From IMG/VR virus record IMGVR_UViG_3300031132_000332: DNA of 64,000 bases; one strand, written 5' to 3'. The stretch comes from a virus. The position numbers and the translations under genes are program-made. Below, one piece after another: positions 9,289 to 18,595 of the stretch (its first letter is position 1; the number at the start of each line of letters is the position of its first letter). Under the pieces are notes generated by a model, which was given only the letters and a program-made list of their open reading frames with translations, had not been told where the DNA came from and made no database searches.

Positions 9289-9894
9289 GTGAAGTATATG
9301 GAACGATTTGCATACATAGACGGAGAACAAAACCCTTATGGGCAACAAGAGTGGTCTGAGGTTGACAGTCAATCTGAGATAACCAGAGTTGGAGGATATC
9401 CAACTGGGTTAGGGTACTTTGTAAACAACTGGCCACACATTGATTATGAAAAGACAGGAAATCTTGTTCCTTTAACTTTTACAGGGCAAGTATTACATGA
9501 GGGAAAAATGCTTTCGCTCTTCTCAGGTCTACCAGATGGATACCCGCTTGACCTTTACTCTGAAACTGACTCTGATACTGCAGTAATTGTCATAGGTGAG
9601 TATGTACCACATTGGATTATTATGAAGACCTTACCCAAAATGCAGGTGCTACCAGTGGTTTCAGCTCGGGCTTTAGCTCCTTCACTCATGCAAAATTTAC
9701 CAGCTATCAGCGCTGATTGGGCGTTCAGATTTGAAGATTTTTATGAAAAAGGTTATACCTTTATTTTTCAAATACCCTTCTACTTTTATTCCTCAACTGT
9801 GGATGAAGAAATTAATGTTGAATGGTCTGAAATCGAAACCTTTGTTTTCATCACTGCAAATGGTGAACCCATAGTTTTCTCTGAGAACTGGTGA
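9289..9894 (+). CDS. Hypothetical acidic protein (DUF1963/YwqG-like, tentative)
   Basis: RVGGYP...WP......PLTF.GQ pattern; paralogous to the next ORF. Confidence 0.5.
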   Translation: MKYMERFAYIDGEQNPYGQQEWSEVDSQSEITRVGGYPTGLGYFVNNWPHIDYEKTGNLVPLTFTGQVLHEGKMLSLFSGLPDGYPLDLYSETDSDTAVIVIGEYVPHWIIMKTLPKMQVLPVVSARALAPSLMQNLPAISADWAFRFEDFYEKGYTFIFQIPFYFYSSTVDEEINVEWSEIETFVFITANGEPIVFSENW

Positions 9895-9913
9895 GGGACG
9901 CTTAGGAGTTAGA

Positions 9914-10453
9914 ATGACTAACGCATTAGATGTAAACTGGCTTCCCGCCTTTGGCTCGGAAGATACTGTTATTGGCGGGATGCCTCTGTTAAATGAAAAT
10001 CACCGAACCATTGAATGGCCTTTCTATATGATTGAAAACGGATGGTATCCTCTTGTTTACTTAGGTAGATACACTTTGGATGATGGAAGAGTTATTGCTT
10101 TATATTTTGATGTGGACTCAGAAGACTGCCGAGACCTCTATATTAACGAGCCTCGTGGTGACGCAACTGTAGCGCATATAGAAGGAACCAAATGGCCAGA
10201 CTGGGTTGATATTAGGAAAATTAAAATTACCAAAGAATCGATCCCTGTTTGGATGCATTCTATGTACACTCCTGAGACAAAAATGGATATTCCTGATTGG
10301 TTTGTAGATAATCCGAATTACCCAGCTAATGCGAACAATTTTCTGTTACAGATAGATGATGATTTGGATGAACACTTAGGTGTAGGTGTGCATATCTACC
10401 TCTACTGGAACAATAAGGACGAAGCTGTGCTTTTTAGTGATTTTTACTTTTAG
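9914..10453 (+). CDS. Hypothetical acidic protein, paralog of the preceding ORF
   Basis: VIGGMP...WP...WYPLVYLG, PDW, and FLLQI...IYLY align in order with the preceding ORF. Confidence 0.55.
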   Translation: MTNALDVNWLPAFGSEDTVIGGMPLLNENHRTIEWPFYMIENGWYPLVYLGRYTLDDGRVIALYFDVDSEDCRDLYINEPRGDATVAHIEGTKWPDWVDIRKIKITKESIPVWMHSMYTPETKMDIPDWFVDNPNYPANANNFLLQIDDDLDEHLGVGVHIYLYWNNKDEAVLFSDFYF

Positions 10454-10572
10454 AACGAATCGCTTTTTTGGTAGATTAGGAATTGCTTGCATCCGTAAAT
10501 TAAATATAGTTCGATGCACTTATTGAGCTGAATATCTGGACATAAACAAGTCTGAAAGAAAGTAAATAATTT

Positions 10573-10600
10573 TCAGGTTTTTCTCAGGTAGAGCCGATAA
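10573..10600 (+). promoter_or_regulatory. sigma28-like promoter of the Rhs gene
   Basis: TCAGGTTT-N12-GCCGATAA, close to the FliA consensus TAAAGTTT-N11-GCCGATAA. Confidence 0.7.
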
Positions 10601-10633
10601 ATCAATCAAACGCAGATATTTGGGGATTTATTC

Positions 10634-13600
10634 GTGCGCACTTTAGGTATTTTTATTGCTTCTGTTCTACTTATCACTGGTATCAATATTCAACCAGCAT
10701 ATGCTGAGGAAAATGTAGACCAATCACCTGACATACCGACCACTCAGCTGGCTCAAACCTCTGAGGTAACCAGTACACAGTTGACTTCTGACCAGACTTC
10801 TAAAAATTCTAATGCAGATACAGTAACTCTTACTGCAACAACTAACGAAGATGTTAGCAAATCAGATGACACGGTAAGTATCGTAGATAAAGATACGGAC
10901 AAGACAGTTGCCTCCTGCGATACTGGCACTACGTGTACGTACGAGTATAAGAAGCAAGATTACACATCCGACAAGACATTCTTTGCCCGAACAGCAAAGA
11001 CTTCTTCTTCTACAGTGCAGGTTCTCAACGATGTTCCTTATATCTTCTTGTACTCTACGTTAGAAGAAGTAGAATCAGAAGACATGTTCTATCTGTACTT
11101 AGGTAGCCAAGGGTCTCTTCCAGCTGGTAAATCAGTTTACATTGTAGACGATACAACAAAAGAGATTCTCCAAACATGTGACTCTTTGACTTGCGAAACT
11201 GATTATCTACGAATCAACCTTGCTGATGAAAAAGTTTACGTAGCTTACCTTGCAGACACAGGAGCCAGTCAATTTTCTGATTTGCAAAATATTGTCACCC
11301 AATCAAACACAGCAACCATCTCACACACACCTTGGGTCTTGACTACTTCAGCTGATAATGCTGTAGTAGATGAAGGGTCTATTTTTTCTCTGAAAGCTAA
11401 CCTCAACCAAGCAATCACACAAAACTTATCTATCTACTTTTACAATATCACAACAGGTAAGATTGTTGATGAAGGCCCTGAGGATGAAGGATACTGCACT
11501 AACAATTACACGAGTAGCGAATGTAAAACTTCTTTTGCTTATAAAACTTCTCAGCAATATAAAGCTGTTCTTGCAGATAAGAATGAGCTAATCAATAAAG
11601 ATTCTGTTTATGCTGACCTTACTGGAATCAAAGCAGTTAGTAACTCGGTTACTATCAAACAGCTTCCATGGAGTGGAACCTTCCATACAGAAAATGTTTG
11701 GGGTTACACAGATCATGCCTATGTTGCAGGAATTAATCAAAGAACGACCTACTATTACTCAGCTTTTGTAAACCCTACAACAGGTGGTATTTATGAAATT
11801 TGCTGGTTCAGTGCTAGTTGTTCAACTGACCCTGATAAATTGTCAGATGATATGGTTCGTCAAAATGGTATCAAATTAATTATTGGCCGTTGGACTGGGA
11901 AAAGTAGTGGGTTGCCCCAAGAAACTCATAATCCTGGTGGCTCAATGTATGATATTCAGAAAGAAGTTGTCTGGAAAATGCCTGGTGGGGCTATTCCTTC
12001 TGACGGCACGGAACAGACAGGTGGACCGAATAAATCTGAAGAATGTTCCAATACGTGTGGCGGGGACCCCATCAATCTTGTTACAGGAGAGTTCTGGTTA
12101 GAACAGAATGACCTTGAAATTGGCAGTTCTGTACCTCTGCAATTTACTCGTTACTACAATGTCAGCAAAAAAGGAACTAAGGGAAGCCTTGGATACGGTT
12201 GGAACAACCAGTATGATTTTACTCTCAAACCGGTAGCAGGGACAAGCCTTTCCACTGCAACTGCAATTGCTGTATTCCAAGAAAATGGCTCTACTTCAAC
12301 TTTTGCTAAAAATAGTAGCGGAATGTGGACAGCAGGAGTAAAGACACAAGCGTCGTTGGTGCAAACCTCAACAGGTTATTCCTTTGTTAGAGGAAAAACG
12401 ACTACCTTCAATTTCAATACAACAGGCCAGTTGACAGAAATTGTAGACCTCAATGGTAACAAAATTGCTCTGACCTATACCAGTGGAAAAATTTCTAAAG
12501 TAGCAAACAATAAGGGCCAGTCCCTTACTGTTGTATGGAACACCAGTAACCTTATTTCTTCCGTGAAAACCAATGGTGGAAGAACAGTCAAATATGCATA
12601 TAGTACTGGTGGTGATTTGAAGACTGTTACCTATGCAGATAATACAACTCGTAAGTACAACTACGTAACCCATGCAGTCACTTCAATGACAGACCAAAAT
12701 GGTGGCATTACTACTAATGAGTATGATGATTCTAATCGTGTTATCGCCCAAACCGATGCGAATAATGGAGCCTTACAAATTGAGTATAAAGCTGGTCAAA
12801 CAGTTGTAACCCAACCAACAGGAGCTGTTCAGAGGCACTACTTTAATGAGCTGGGACAAGTTTATCGTATTGAAAAGGAACGCGACTACGCAGGTTCTTA
12901 TAACGAATACTATGAATTTGATGCAGCAAATAACATTATTTCAATTACATATCCCGATGGTGGAAGTATTCAAAAAACATATGATGTCAATGGTAACGTA
13001 ACCCAGTTCAAAGACCGCGCTGGAAATATTAGAGTATATACTTATGACAATACAAATCATGTGCTTTCCGAGACCAATGCAGACAGCAAAACTCAAACAT
13101 ATGCATATGATACAAAAGGTAATTTAGTAGAGCATAAAGATTTCAACGGTAACATAACAAAATATGAAGCCAATACTGATGGCACGGTAAAGAAAACAAC
13201 TTCTGCTAACCAAGCTATCACATCGTATACTTACAATGCTACTGGCTTACCTACTGCAATCACTGATGCGAATAATAAGGTTGAAACAAAAACCTATACA
13301 GCGGAAGGTGAACTCAAAACATCTACTGATGCTGACAATAATCTTACTAGTTATGTGTACGATGCAGTAGGTAATGTAGCTTCTACCACTTATCCTAATG
13401 GATATACTGAAATCTTTACATATGATGGAGATGGTAACACCCTTACTACTACTGACCGAAAAGGTAACGTTACAAGCATAGAATACGATGAGTTTAACCG
13501 TCCTGTCAAGCAGACCGATGCTAATGGAAATGTAACGACCACTGAATATGATGGAGTTGGTAATGTTATCAAAACTATTGATGCCGAAAATAATGTTTCT

Positions 13601-15937
13601 TCCTATGAATATGATGGTCTGGACCAAGTAATATCATCAACCGATGAACGAAACAATACTTCAACTTATGAGTATGACATAGTAGGAAACCTTACTCAAT
13701 CAACTGACGCTAATGGAAATGTAACGCGCTATAATTATGATGCAAATAACAATCTTATTCGTACAATAAGTCCAAGTAAAGTCAGAATAGAGACAACCTA
13801 CGACTCTCTAAATAGAGTTGTTACATCTATTGATTCACAGCGTCAGAAGACCTCATATACATATGATGGAAATAGTAATGTTCTTACAACAACATATCCT
13901 GACAATACACTAGAAACAACAGCGTATGACACCATGGACCAGCGAATTACTTTCACTGACGCAGAAGGTAAGCAGAAGAGCTGGACATACACGCCAACAG
14001 GCCAGCTTTCTACTGCAACTGATGTTGACGGTAAAATAACTAAGTATGCATATACTCCTGGAGAGAGCTTACAAACAGTTACTCGTCCAGACAACACAGT
14101 GGTCACCTATGCATATAATGCAGGTCAGCTTAATTCTGAAAAATATTCTGATGCAACATTTAGTTACACATATGACGCAAACGGAAGTATTGAGACAGAA
14201 ACCACTAATGGTGTCACAACCACATACACATATGATGCTATTGGCAACGTATTGAGTCGTGGGTCAAACTCAGCAGATGAACTTGATTATACGTATACTC
14301 CGAATAACCAAGTTGCTAACTTGCAATACCCGTCAGGTGAAATGGCTTCATATACCTATGACGAGACTGGCAACTTGAAAAGTGTAGAGACCCCTACCGT
14401 GGGCCGCTTTGAATATGCTTACAATACCAATAATCAAGTGACAGAGCTGACTTATCCTAATGGTGTCAATCAAACATTTGAGTACAATGCTGACAGTCAG
14501 CAGACCCACAATACCATTGGTAATTTATGGGATAAAAAGTACAATTATAATCCTAATTCTGGATTGTTGGCAAGTAGTTCTTTGACTCTAAACGAACCAA
14601 CTGAGCAAACCATTGATAACTCTTACGCCTATGATAACAAGTCTCGTTTGACAGGCGTAAATTCAGAGCAGGCAACATCAGGTTCATACAATTATTCCAA
14701 TTCAGGAAATCTTGTCTCTAACCTTGGTAATACACAAACGTACAATCAAAATAACCAGTTGACATCCGCTAATGGAAAAACTTACGACTATGACCAGCGC
14801 GGTAACAGATTGCAATCAAAAAATACTGCTGGACAAGCAACTGAACAGTACACATACAATCAGGCAGATAAACTAACAACTGCGAAGATTGGGACAACTT
14901 CTGTCCAATATCAGTATGACACAAACGGGTTGCTTGCACAGCGTAAAGTTGGCACTACCGCAAAAAGTTTTGTTTGGGACTACACCAGTTCAATTCAGAA
15001 GCTCCTCGATGATTCGGATTATGAATACATTTATGGAGCAGGCGAAGCCCCATTAGCTCAAACAAAGCACAGCAGCCAAGCAATTACTTATCTTTACGCT
15101 GATTCCTTAGGCTCAGTTGTAGTTGCAACAGATAACTCTGGTACTCAGAAAGCTGCTTACAACTACGATGCATATGGAAAGATTGAATCTTCTGGAACAA
15201 CTGAAGTAACTCATGTTACAACACGATTCGGTTATGCAGGAGAGTGGGCCGACCCGACAACAGGGTTATACAACTTGCGTGCTCGCTGGTATGACACCAA
15301 TATAGGTGGCCTGTTATCAAAAGACCCTCTCGAAGATGTAACAAACTCTCCGTATTCTTATGGAAATGCTAATCCATTACTCTACACTGACCCATCAGGG
15401 AATATTTCAGTGATAACTCCTGGTATTTGGACAAACCCTCAAACTGGTTTCGGAGCTGCGGACGAAGCAACGTTTGGTATCTCTACCCAATACTTAAATG
15501 ACAAGATGCCAGGAATGATTGATGTCTGCGATGGAGGGTTCGCAATAGGTAAATATGGAACGCTTGGCGTTAGTCTTTTCATGCCTGGTGGAGGGCTTAA
15601 GCTTGGCAAATTTGTCAAATGGGATGGAAGAGTTGCCAAAGTTTTCAAATCTTCTCGTGGGGCTATTAGTGGAGAAAAAGCTGCGCAAGAATCCATTCAG
15701 CTTACCAATAGTCAAATGAAGTTCGGAAGAAAAATAGGAATGAATTATTCTTCCGATATGAGCAAAGAAGTACTCTCTAATTTAGATATGAGCGTAGAAC
15801 AATTTGTTTCTAAAAATAGATTAGGAAAAATCAGAAGAGAACTTCCTACCGAGGTATTCGGCATGGATGTTAGAGAGGCTCTTCTGTATAATACCAAAGT
15901 GAAAAAACTACTCGTAGACGGAAGGTTCAAAAAATGA
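10634..15937 (+). CDS. Sec-exported Rhs/YD-repeat polymorphic toxin
   Basis: Signal peptide ...IQPAYA|EE, Cys-pair beta modules, DUF6531-like GDPINLVTGEF, many YD repeats, and core end FGYAGEWAD..TGLYNLRARWYD...PLLYTDPSG, followed by a ~178-aa C-terminal extension. Confidence 0.93.
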   Translation: MRTLGIFIASVLLITGINIQPAYAEENVDQSPDIPTTQLAQTSEVTSTQLTSDQTSKNSNADTVTLTATTNEDVSKSDDTVSIVDKDTDKTVASCDTGTTCTYEYKKQDYTSDKTFFARTAKTSSSTVQVLNDVPYIFLYSTLEEVESEDMFYLYLGSQGSLPAGKSVYIVDDTTKEILQTCDSLTCETDYLRINLADEKVYVAYLADTGASQFSDLQNIVTQSNTATISHTPWVLTTSADNAVVDEGSIFSLKANLNQAITQNLSIYFYNITTGKIVDEGPEDEGYCTNNYTSSECKTSFAYKTSQQYKAVLADKNELINKDSVYADLTGIKAVSNSVTIKQLPWSGTFHTENVWGYTDHAYVAGINQRTTYYYSAFVNPTTGGIYEICWFSASCSTDPDKLSDDMVRQNGIKLIIGRWTGKSSGLPQETHNPGGSMYDIQKEVVWKMPGGAIPSDGTEQTGGPNKSEECSNTCGGDPINLVTGEFWLEQNDLEIGSSVPLQFTRYYNVSKKGTKGSLGYGWNNQYDFTLKPVAGTSLSTATAIAVFQENGSTSTFAKNSSGMWTAGVKTQASLVQTSTGYSFVRGKTTTFNFNTTGQLTEIVDLNGNKIALTYTSGKISKVANNKGQSLTVVWNTSNLISSVKTNGGRTVKYAYSTGGDLKTVTYADNTTRKYNYVTHAVTSMTDQNGGITTNEYDDSNRVIAQTDANNGALQIEYKAGQTVVTQPTGAVQRHYFNELGQVYRIEKERDYAGSYNEYYEFDAANNIISITYPDGGSIQKTYDVNGNVTQFKDRAGNIRVYTYDNTNHVLSETNADSKTQTYAYDTKGNLVEHKDFNGNITKYEANTDGTVKKTTSANQAITSYTYNATGLPTAITDANNKVETKTYTAEGELKTSTDADNNLTSYVYDAVGNVASTTYPNGYTEIFTYDGDGNTLTTTDRKGNVTSIEYDEFNRPVKQTDANGNVTTTEYDGVGNVIKTIDAENNVSSYEYDGLDQVISSTDERNNTSTYEYDIVGNLTQSTDANGNVTRYNYDANNNLIRTISPSKVRIETTYDSLNRVVTSIDSQRQKTSYTYDGNSNVLTTTYPDNTLETTAYDTMDQRITFTDAEGKQKSWTYTPTGQLSTATDVDGKITKYAYTPGESLQTVTRPDNTVVTYAYNAGQLNSEKYSDATFSYTYDANGSIETETTNGVTTTYTYDAIGNVLSRGSNSADELDYTYTPNNQVANLQYPSGEMASYTYDETGNLKSVETPTVGRFEYAYNTNNQVTELTYPNGVNQTFEYNADSQQTHNTIGNLWDKKYNYNPNSGLLASSSLTLNEPTEQTIDNSYAYDNKSRLTGVNSEQATSGSYNYSNSGNLVSNLGNTQTYNQNNQLTSANGKTYDYDQRGNRLQSKNTAGQATEQYTYNQADKLTTAKIGTTSVQYQYDTNGLLAQRKVGTTAKSFVWDYTSSIQKLLDDSDYEYIYGAGEAPLAQTKHSSQAITYLYADSLGSVVVATDNSGTQKAAYNYDAYGKIESSGTTEVTHVTTRFGYAGEWADPTTGLYNLRARWYDTNIGGLLSKDPLEDVTNSPYSYGNANPLLYTDPSGNISVITPGIWTNPQTGFGAADEATFGISTQYLNDKMPGMIDVCDGGFAIGKYGTLGVSLFMPGGGLKLGKFVKWDGRVAKVFKSSRGAISGEKAAQESIQLTNSQMKFGRKIGMNYSSDMSKEVLSNLDMSVEQFVSKNRLGKIRRELPTEVFGMDVREALLYNTKVKKLLVDGRFKK

Positions 15938-16215
15938 AATCAAAGTTGAAGTCTCTTAAAGCATTTTTAGCTGAGTTAGATTTACCCAATTTGCAAGAAG
16001 TTGACTATTGGGACGGCGATTTATCTGCAATAGGATTGAAAAACGATAAATTTTTATTTTATATAACAACACTTGGTCCTAAAATTGGTAAAAACGAAGT
16101 TTATATAACGATTGAAGATATTTCCGTTGCAGATGCTGACGGAATAGGCAAAGAAATATATGAAGGTGTTTTAGAAAAAACACTTGCAATTTCTAAAATC
16201 CATCAATTTCAATAA
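15934..16215 (+). CDS. Cognate immunity protein candidate for the Rhs toxin
   Basis: 93-aa ORF whose ATG overlaps the Rhs stop (ATGA), the classic toxin-immunity arrangement. Confidence 0.75.
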   Translation: MKSKLKSLKAFLAELDLPNLQEVDYWDGDLSAIGLKNDKFLFYITTLGPKIGKNEVYITIEDISVADADGIGKEIYEGVLEKTLAISKIHQFQ

Positions 16216-16373
16216 TTAGAACAGATTTTACAGCTAGCCTAATCAAAATGAAAAATACACAACTTAGTGCAAAATTAACTTTTTTGGTTACTTCATATTC
16301 AATGGTATCTTTAGACCAGGTGAATCAGCAGCGGAAGTAAAACAAGAAGCAATAAAAGAAAACGACCCGAATA

Positions 16374-16808
16374 ATGAACAGCATACTGAGATGGGCCAAA
16401 AAAGCCCAAGTCCAGAAATGGGTAGAAGAAGATGAGTTTACTTCTGAATTTATTGACTACTTAGGGTACAACGACATTATTTCTTTCTTGAAAGATTTAG
16501 CGGAAGCTGCCCCAGTAGTGCTTGACCGATTTGGCATGACTCTGACATTAGTGTCTAACCTTCCAGACTCCCCAACGTCAGAGTTCAATGACTTGACTGA
16601 GATATATCATAAGAGTGTTAATCCTCCTAAAATATATTTAGAACGTTTGGACAAAGAACAATCATACTTCAAAAATACACAAGGATACTACAGCTATTTA
16701 GATGATCCTTTCTTTGGAAAGGTATCTAACATTAAATTTTTCTATGACAGTTTTTGGTATGACGAAGATAAAGCGTTTATTCGATTTGTTTATGCGACAG
16801 TAAAATGA
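16374..16808 (+). CDS. Hypothetical protein (possible additional immunity protein)
   Basis: 144-aa AT-rich ORF ending at a terminator. Confidence 0.55.
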   Translation: MNSILRWAKKAQVQKWVEEDEFTSEFIDYLGYNDIISFLKDLAEAAPVVLDRFGMTLTLVSNLPDSPTSEFNDLTEIYHKSVNPPKIYLERLDKEQSYFKNTQGYYSYLDDPFFGKVSNIKFFYDSFWYDEDKAFIRFVYATVK

Positions 16809-16830
16809 TTCGCACCACTGTAACTCTTTC

Positions 16831-16881
16831 AAGTATAAAAGAAGCGACTATCTCTCAGAGGTAGCCGCTTCTTTTATACTT
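16831..16881. terminator. Bidirectional hairpin terminator
   Basis: AAGTATAAAAGAAGCGACTATCTC / GAGGTAGCCGCTTCTTTTATACTT between convergent genes. Confidence 0.75.
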
Positions 16882-16895
16882 GTTTTAAATCTATA

Positions 16896-17813
16896 TCAAC
16901 TCAGCAGTTGACGCTTTGCTGATGCATACTCCTCAGCTGTGAGAGCTCCACTGCGGTGCAGCTCATCCAATTCTTTCAGCTGGTCTAAGAGGTTACGCTT
17001 AGGTGCCTCTGGGACAGCCTGTACGGGCTTCTGAGCAGCTACGAAGTGCTCCAAGCCCAGGAATTCACCCTCCTCAACCTGAGGCGGCACAGGGACAACT
17101 GGGCGCTTTGGCATGGTAGGAACAGGAGCCGCTGGGAACCCCTCCTGAGGGCGTTGAGGGACGACAGGGATAGAACCTGTTGCAGGGAAACCATTGGAGA
17201 AGCCTACTTGTTGCTGGTTCTGTAACTGGTTATGCTGATTGAATCCACCAACAGTAGGAATCGCCCCAGTAGCTGGGAAACTACCCTGCTGTTGGAACTG
17301 CTGATTCTGAGGCTGTTGGCCAAATTGCTGATTCTGATTCTGTCCTTGGAAACCCTGCTGGCTCTGGAAACCCTGCTGACCGTTCTGCTGTGCAAGCATC
17401 TGCTGGCGCTGATTCTCCCAGCTGGCATAACGGGAACCAATACGGCCACGAATCAACTGGACAATGTGGTCAGCTGACCAACGTCCCATCTTCGTAACCT
17501 CAAACTCCATACCTTCACCATGGAACTCCAACTTGGACCAGATCAGTCCTGTTGTAATTTCAACACTGCGGATGTCAGCGTAGCCCATACCTTGTGAGTT
17601 GCGGAAAATCCAACCGTCTTTGATAGCCATGACACGCTCATCAGTCGCAACCAGGATGGAACGCCCGCCGGTTTCACCGAAGTCACACGGGGCTATGTCA
17701 TGCACAACTTCATCTGGATGTAAGTATCGTTCTAAACGCTTCTTCTCACGGTTCGCTCCGAAGAAAAGAAGCCAGGTGCGCCCTCGTAAAGCTTGTTGAA
17801 TATCTGCTCTCAT
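16896..17813 (-). CDS. Bacterial PH-domain protein with Gln/Pro-rich linker and C-terminal SHOCT
   Basis: N-terminal LHPDEVV...ILVATDERV...DIRSVE PH-like pattern; C-terminal LLDQLKELDELHRSGALTAEEYASAKRQLL is SHOCT-like. GCCGATAT lies 10 nt upstream of the ATG. Confidence 0.8.
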   Translation of the reverse strand: MRADIQQALRGRTWLLFFGANREKKRLERYLHPDEVVHDIAPCDFGETGGRSILVATDERVMAIKDGWIFRNSQGMGYADIRSVEITTGLIWSKLEFHGEGMEFEVTKMGRWSADHIVQLIRGRIGSRYASWENQRQQMLAQQNGQQGFQSQQGFQGQNQNQQFGQQPQNQQFQQQGSFPATGAIPTVGGFNQHNQLQNQQQVGFSNGFPATGSIPVVPQRPQEGFPAAPVPTMPKRPVVPVPPQVEEGEFLGLEHFVAAQKPVQAVPEAPKRNLLDQLKELDELHRSGALTAEEYASAKRQLLS

Positions 17814-17927
17814 AATGTCCTCATATCGGCTTTGCCAAGATAGTCACTAACAGCTCAACTGGTATCAACATGGCAAACATCTGGTATACTGGAACAGATC
17901 ATACGAACCGTATTCAGGAGAACCTCA

Positions 17928-18263
17928 ATGAGTCCATACCCACCAACAGTGGAAACAATCCTTGATGAGCAGTTAGAGCTCACCAACTCCGAAGGTGAAC
18001 CGCTTACTGTTCGTGAATACATGCTGAACCTGGCATTGCGTGTTTGGGATGAAGAGGAGAACTTCTCCCCGATCCGCCCATTCGGTAACAGCGACTGGCA
18101 GGATGAAGACATTCTTGAACCTATTGCCACTCGCCATCAAATGGACACGAATGAAGTTTTCTACCTGGTCCACAAAGCTCTCCGCCAGGAGTCAGGTTTA
18201 GAAGCCAAACCAGTCATCACCTACGACCTCCCCGAAGGCTACGCGCCAGAATTGATGGAATAA
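17928..18263 (+). CDS. Small acidic phage-type hypothetical protein
   Basis: SD GGAG; LTVREYMLNLALRVW..EE.F...PFGNSDW; paralog of the next ORF. Confidence 0.7.
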   Translation: MSPYPPTVETILDEQLELTNSEGEPLTVREYMLNLALRVWDEEENFSPIRPFGNSDWQDEDILEPIATRHQMDTNEVFYLVHKALRQESGLEAKPVITYDLPEGYAPELME

Positions 18264-18267
18264 GACC

Positions 18268-18552
18268 ATGCAGCTCACAGTAGACAACATCCTTGACCAG
18301 ACAGTCCTCTTAGACCAGGCAGAGGAAATCACCCTCCGAGACTACCTCACCAGGCTCTTCCTTGCCATGTGGACAGACTCAGAAGACTTTGACGGTAAAT
18401 ATGGTATCTCAGGGACCGAGGACTGGATGTACCTTGACATCTTTGAACCTCTGAAAGAGTTTGTTGAAGAGTTAGGCTTGGAAGGCATTGGGCTGGAAGA
18501 GCTTGAAGACATGGTAAACGAAGCCATCAAGAAACACCTGTTCAAGAAGTAA
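18268..18552 (+). CDS. Small acidic hypothetical protein, paralog of the preceding ORF
   Basis: TVDNILD...ITLRDYLTRLFLAMW...EDF...DW..DIFEPL aligns with the preceding ORF. Confidence 0.7.
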   Translation: MQLTVDNILDQTVLLDQAEEITLRDYLTRLFLAMWTDSEDFDGKYGISGTEDWMYLDIFEPLKEFVEELGLEGIGLEELEDMVNEAIKKHLFKK

Positions 18553-18595
18553 TCAAAAACGTTTCTGCAAACCATTCATCTGCTACGATAATGAG

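Noticed and set aside
17200-17420. Repeated GGAAACCCTGCTG-type motifs
   Set aside because: They encode the QQGF/QQ low-complexity linker of the PH-SHOCT protein on the minus strand.
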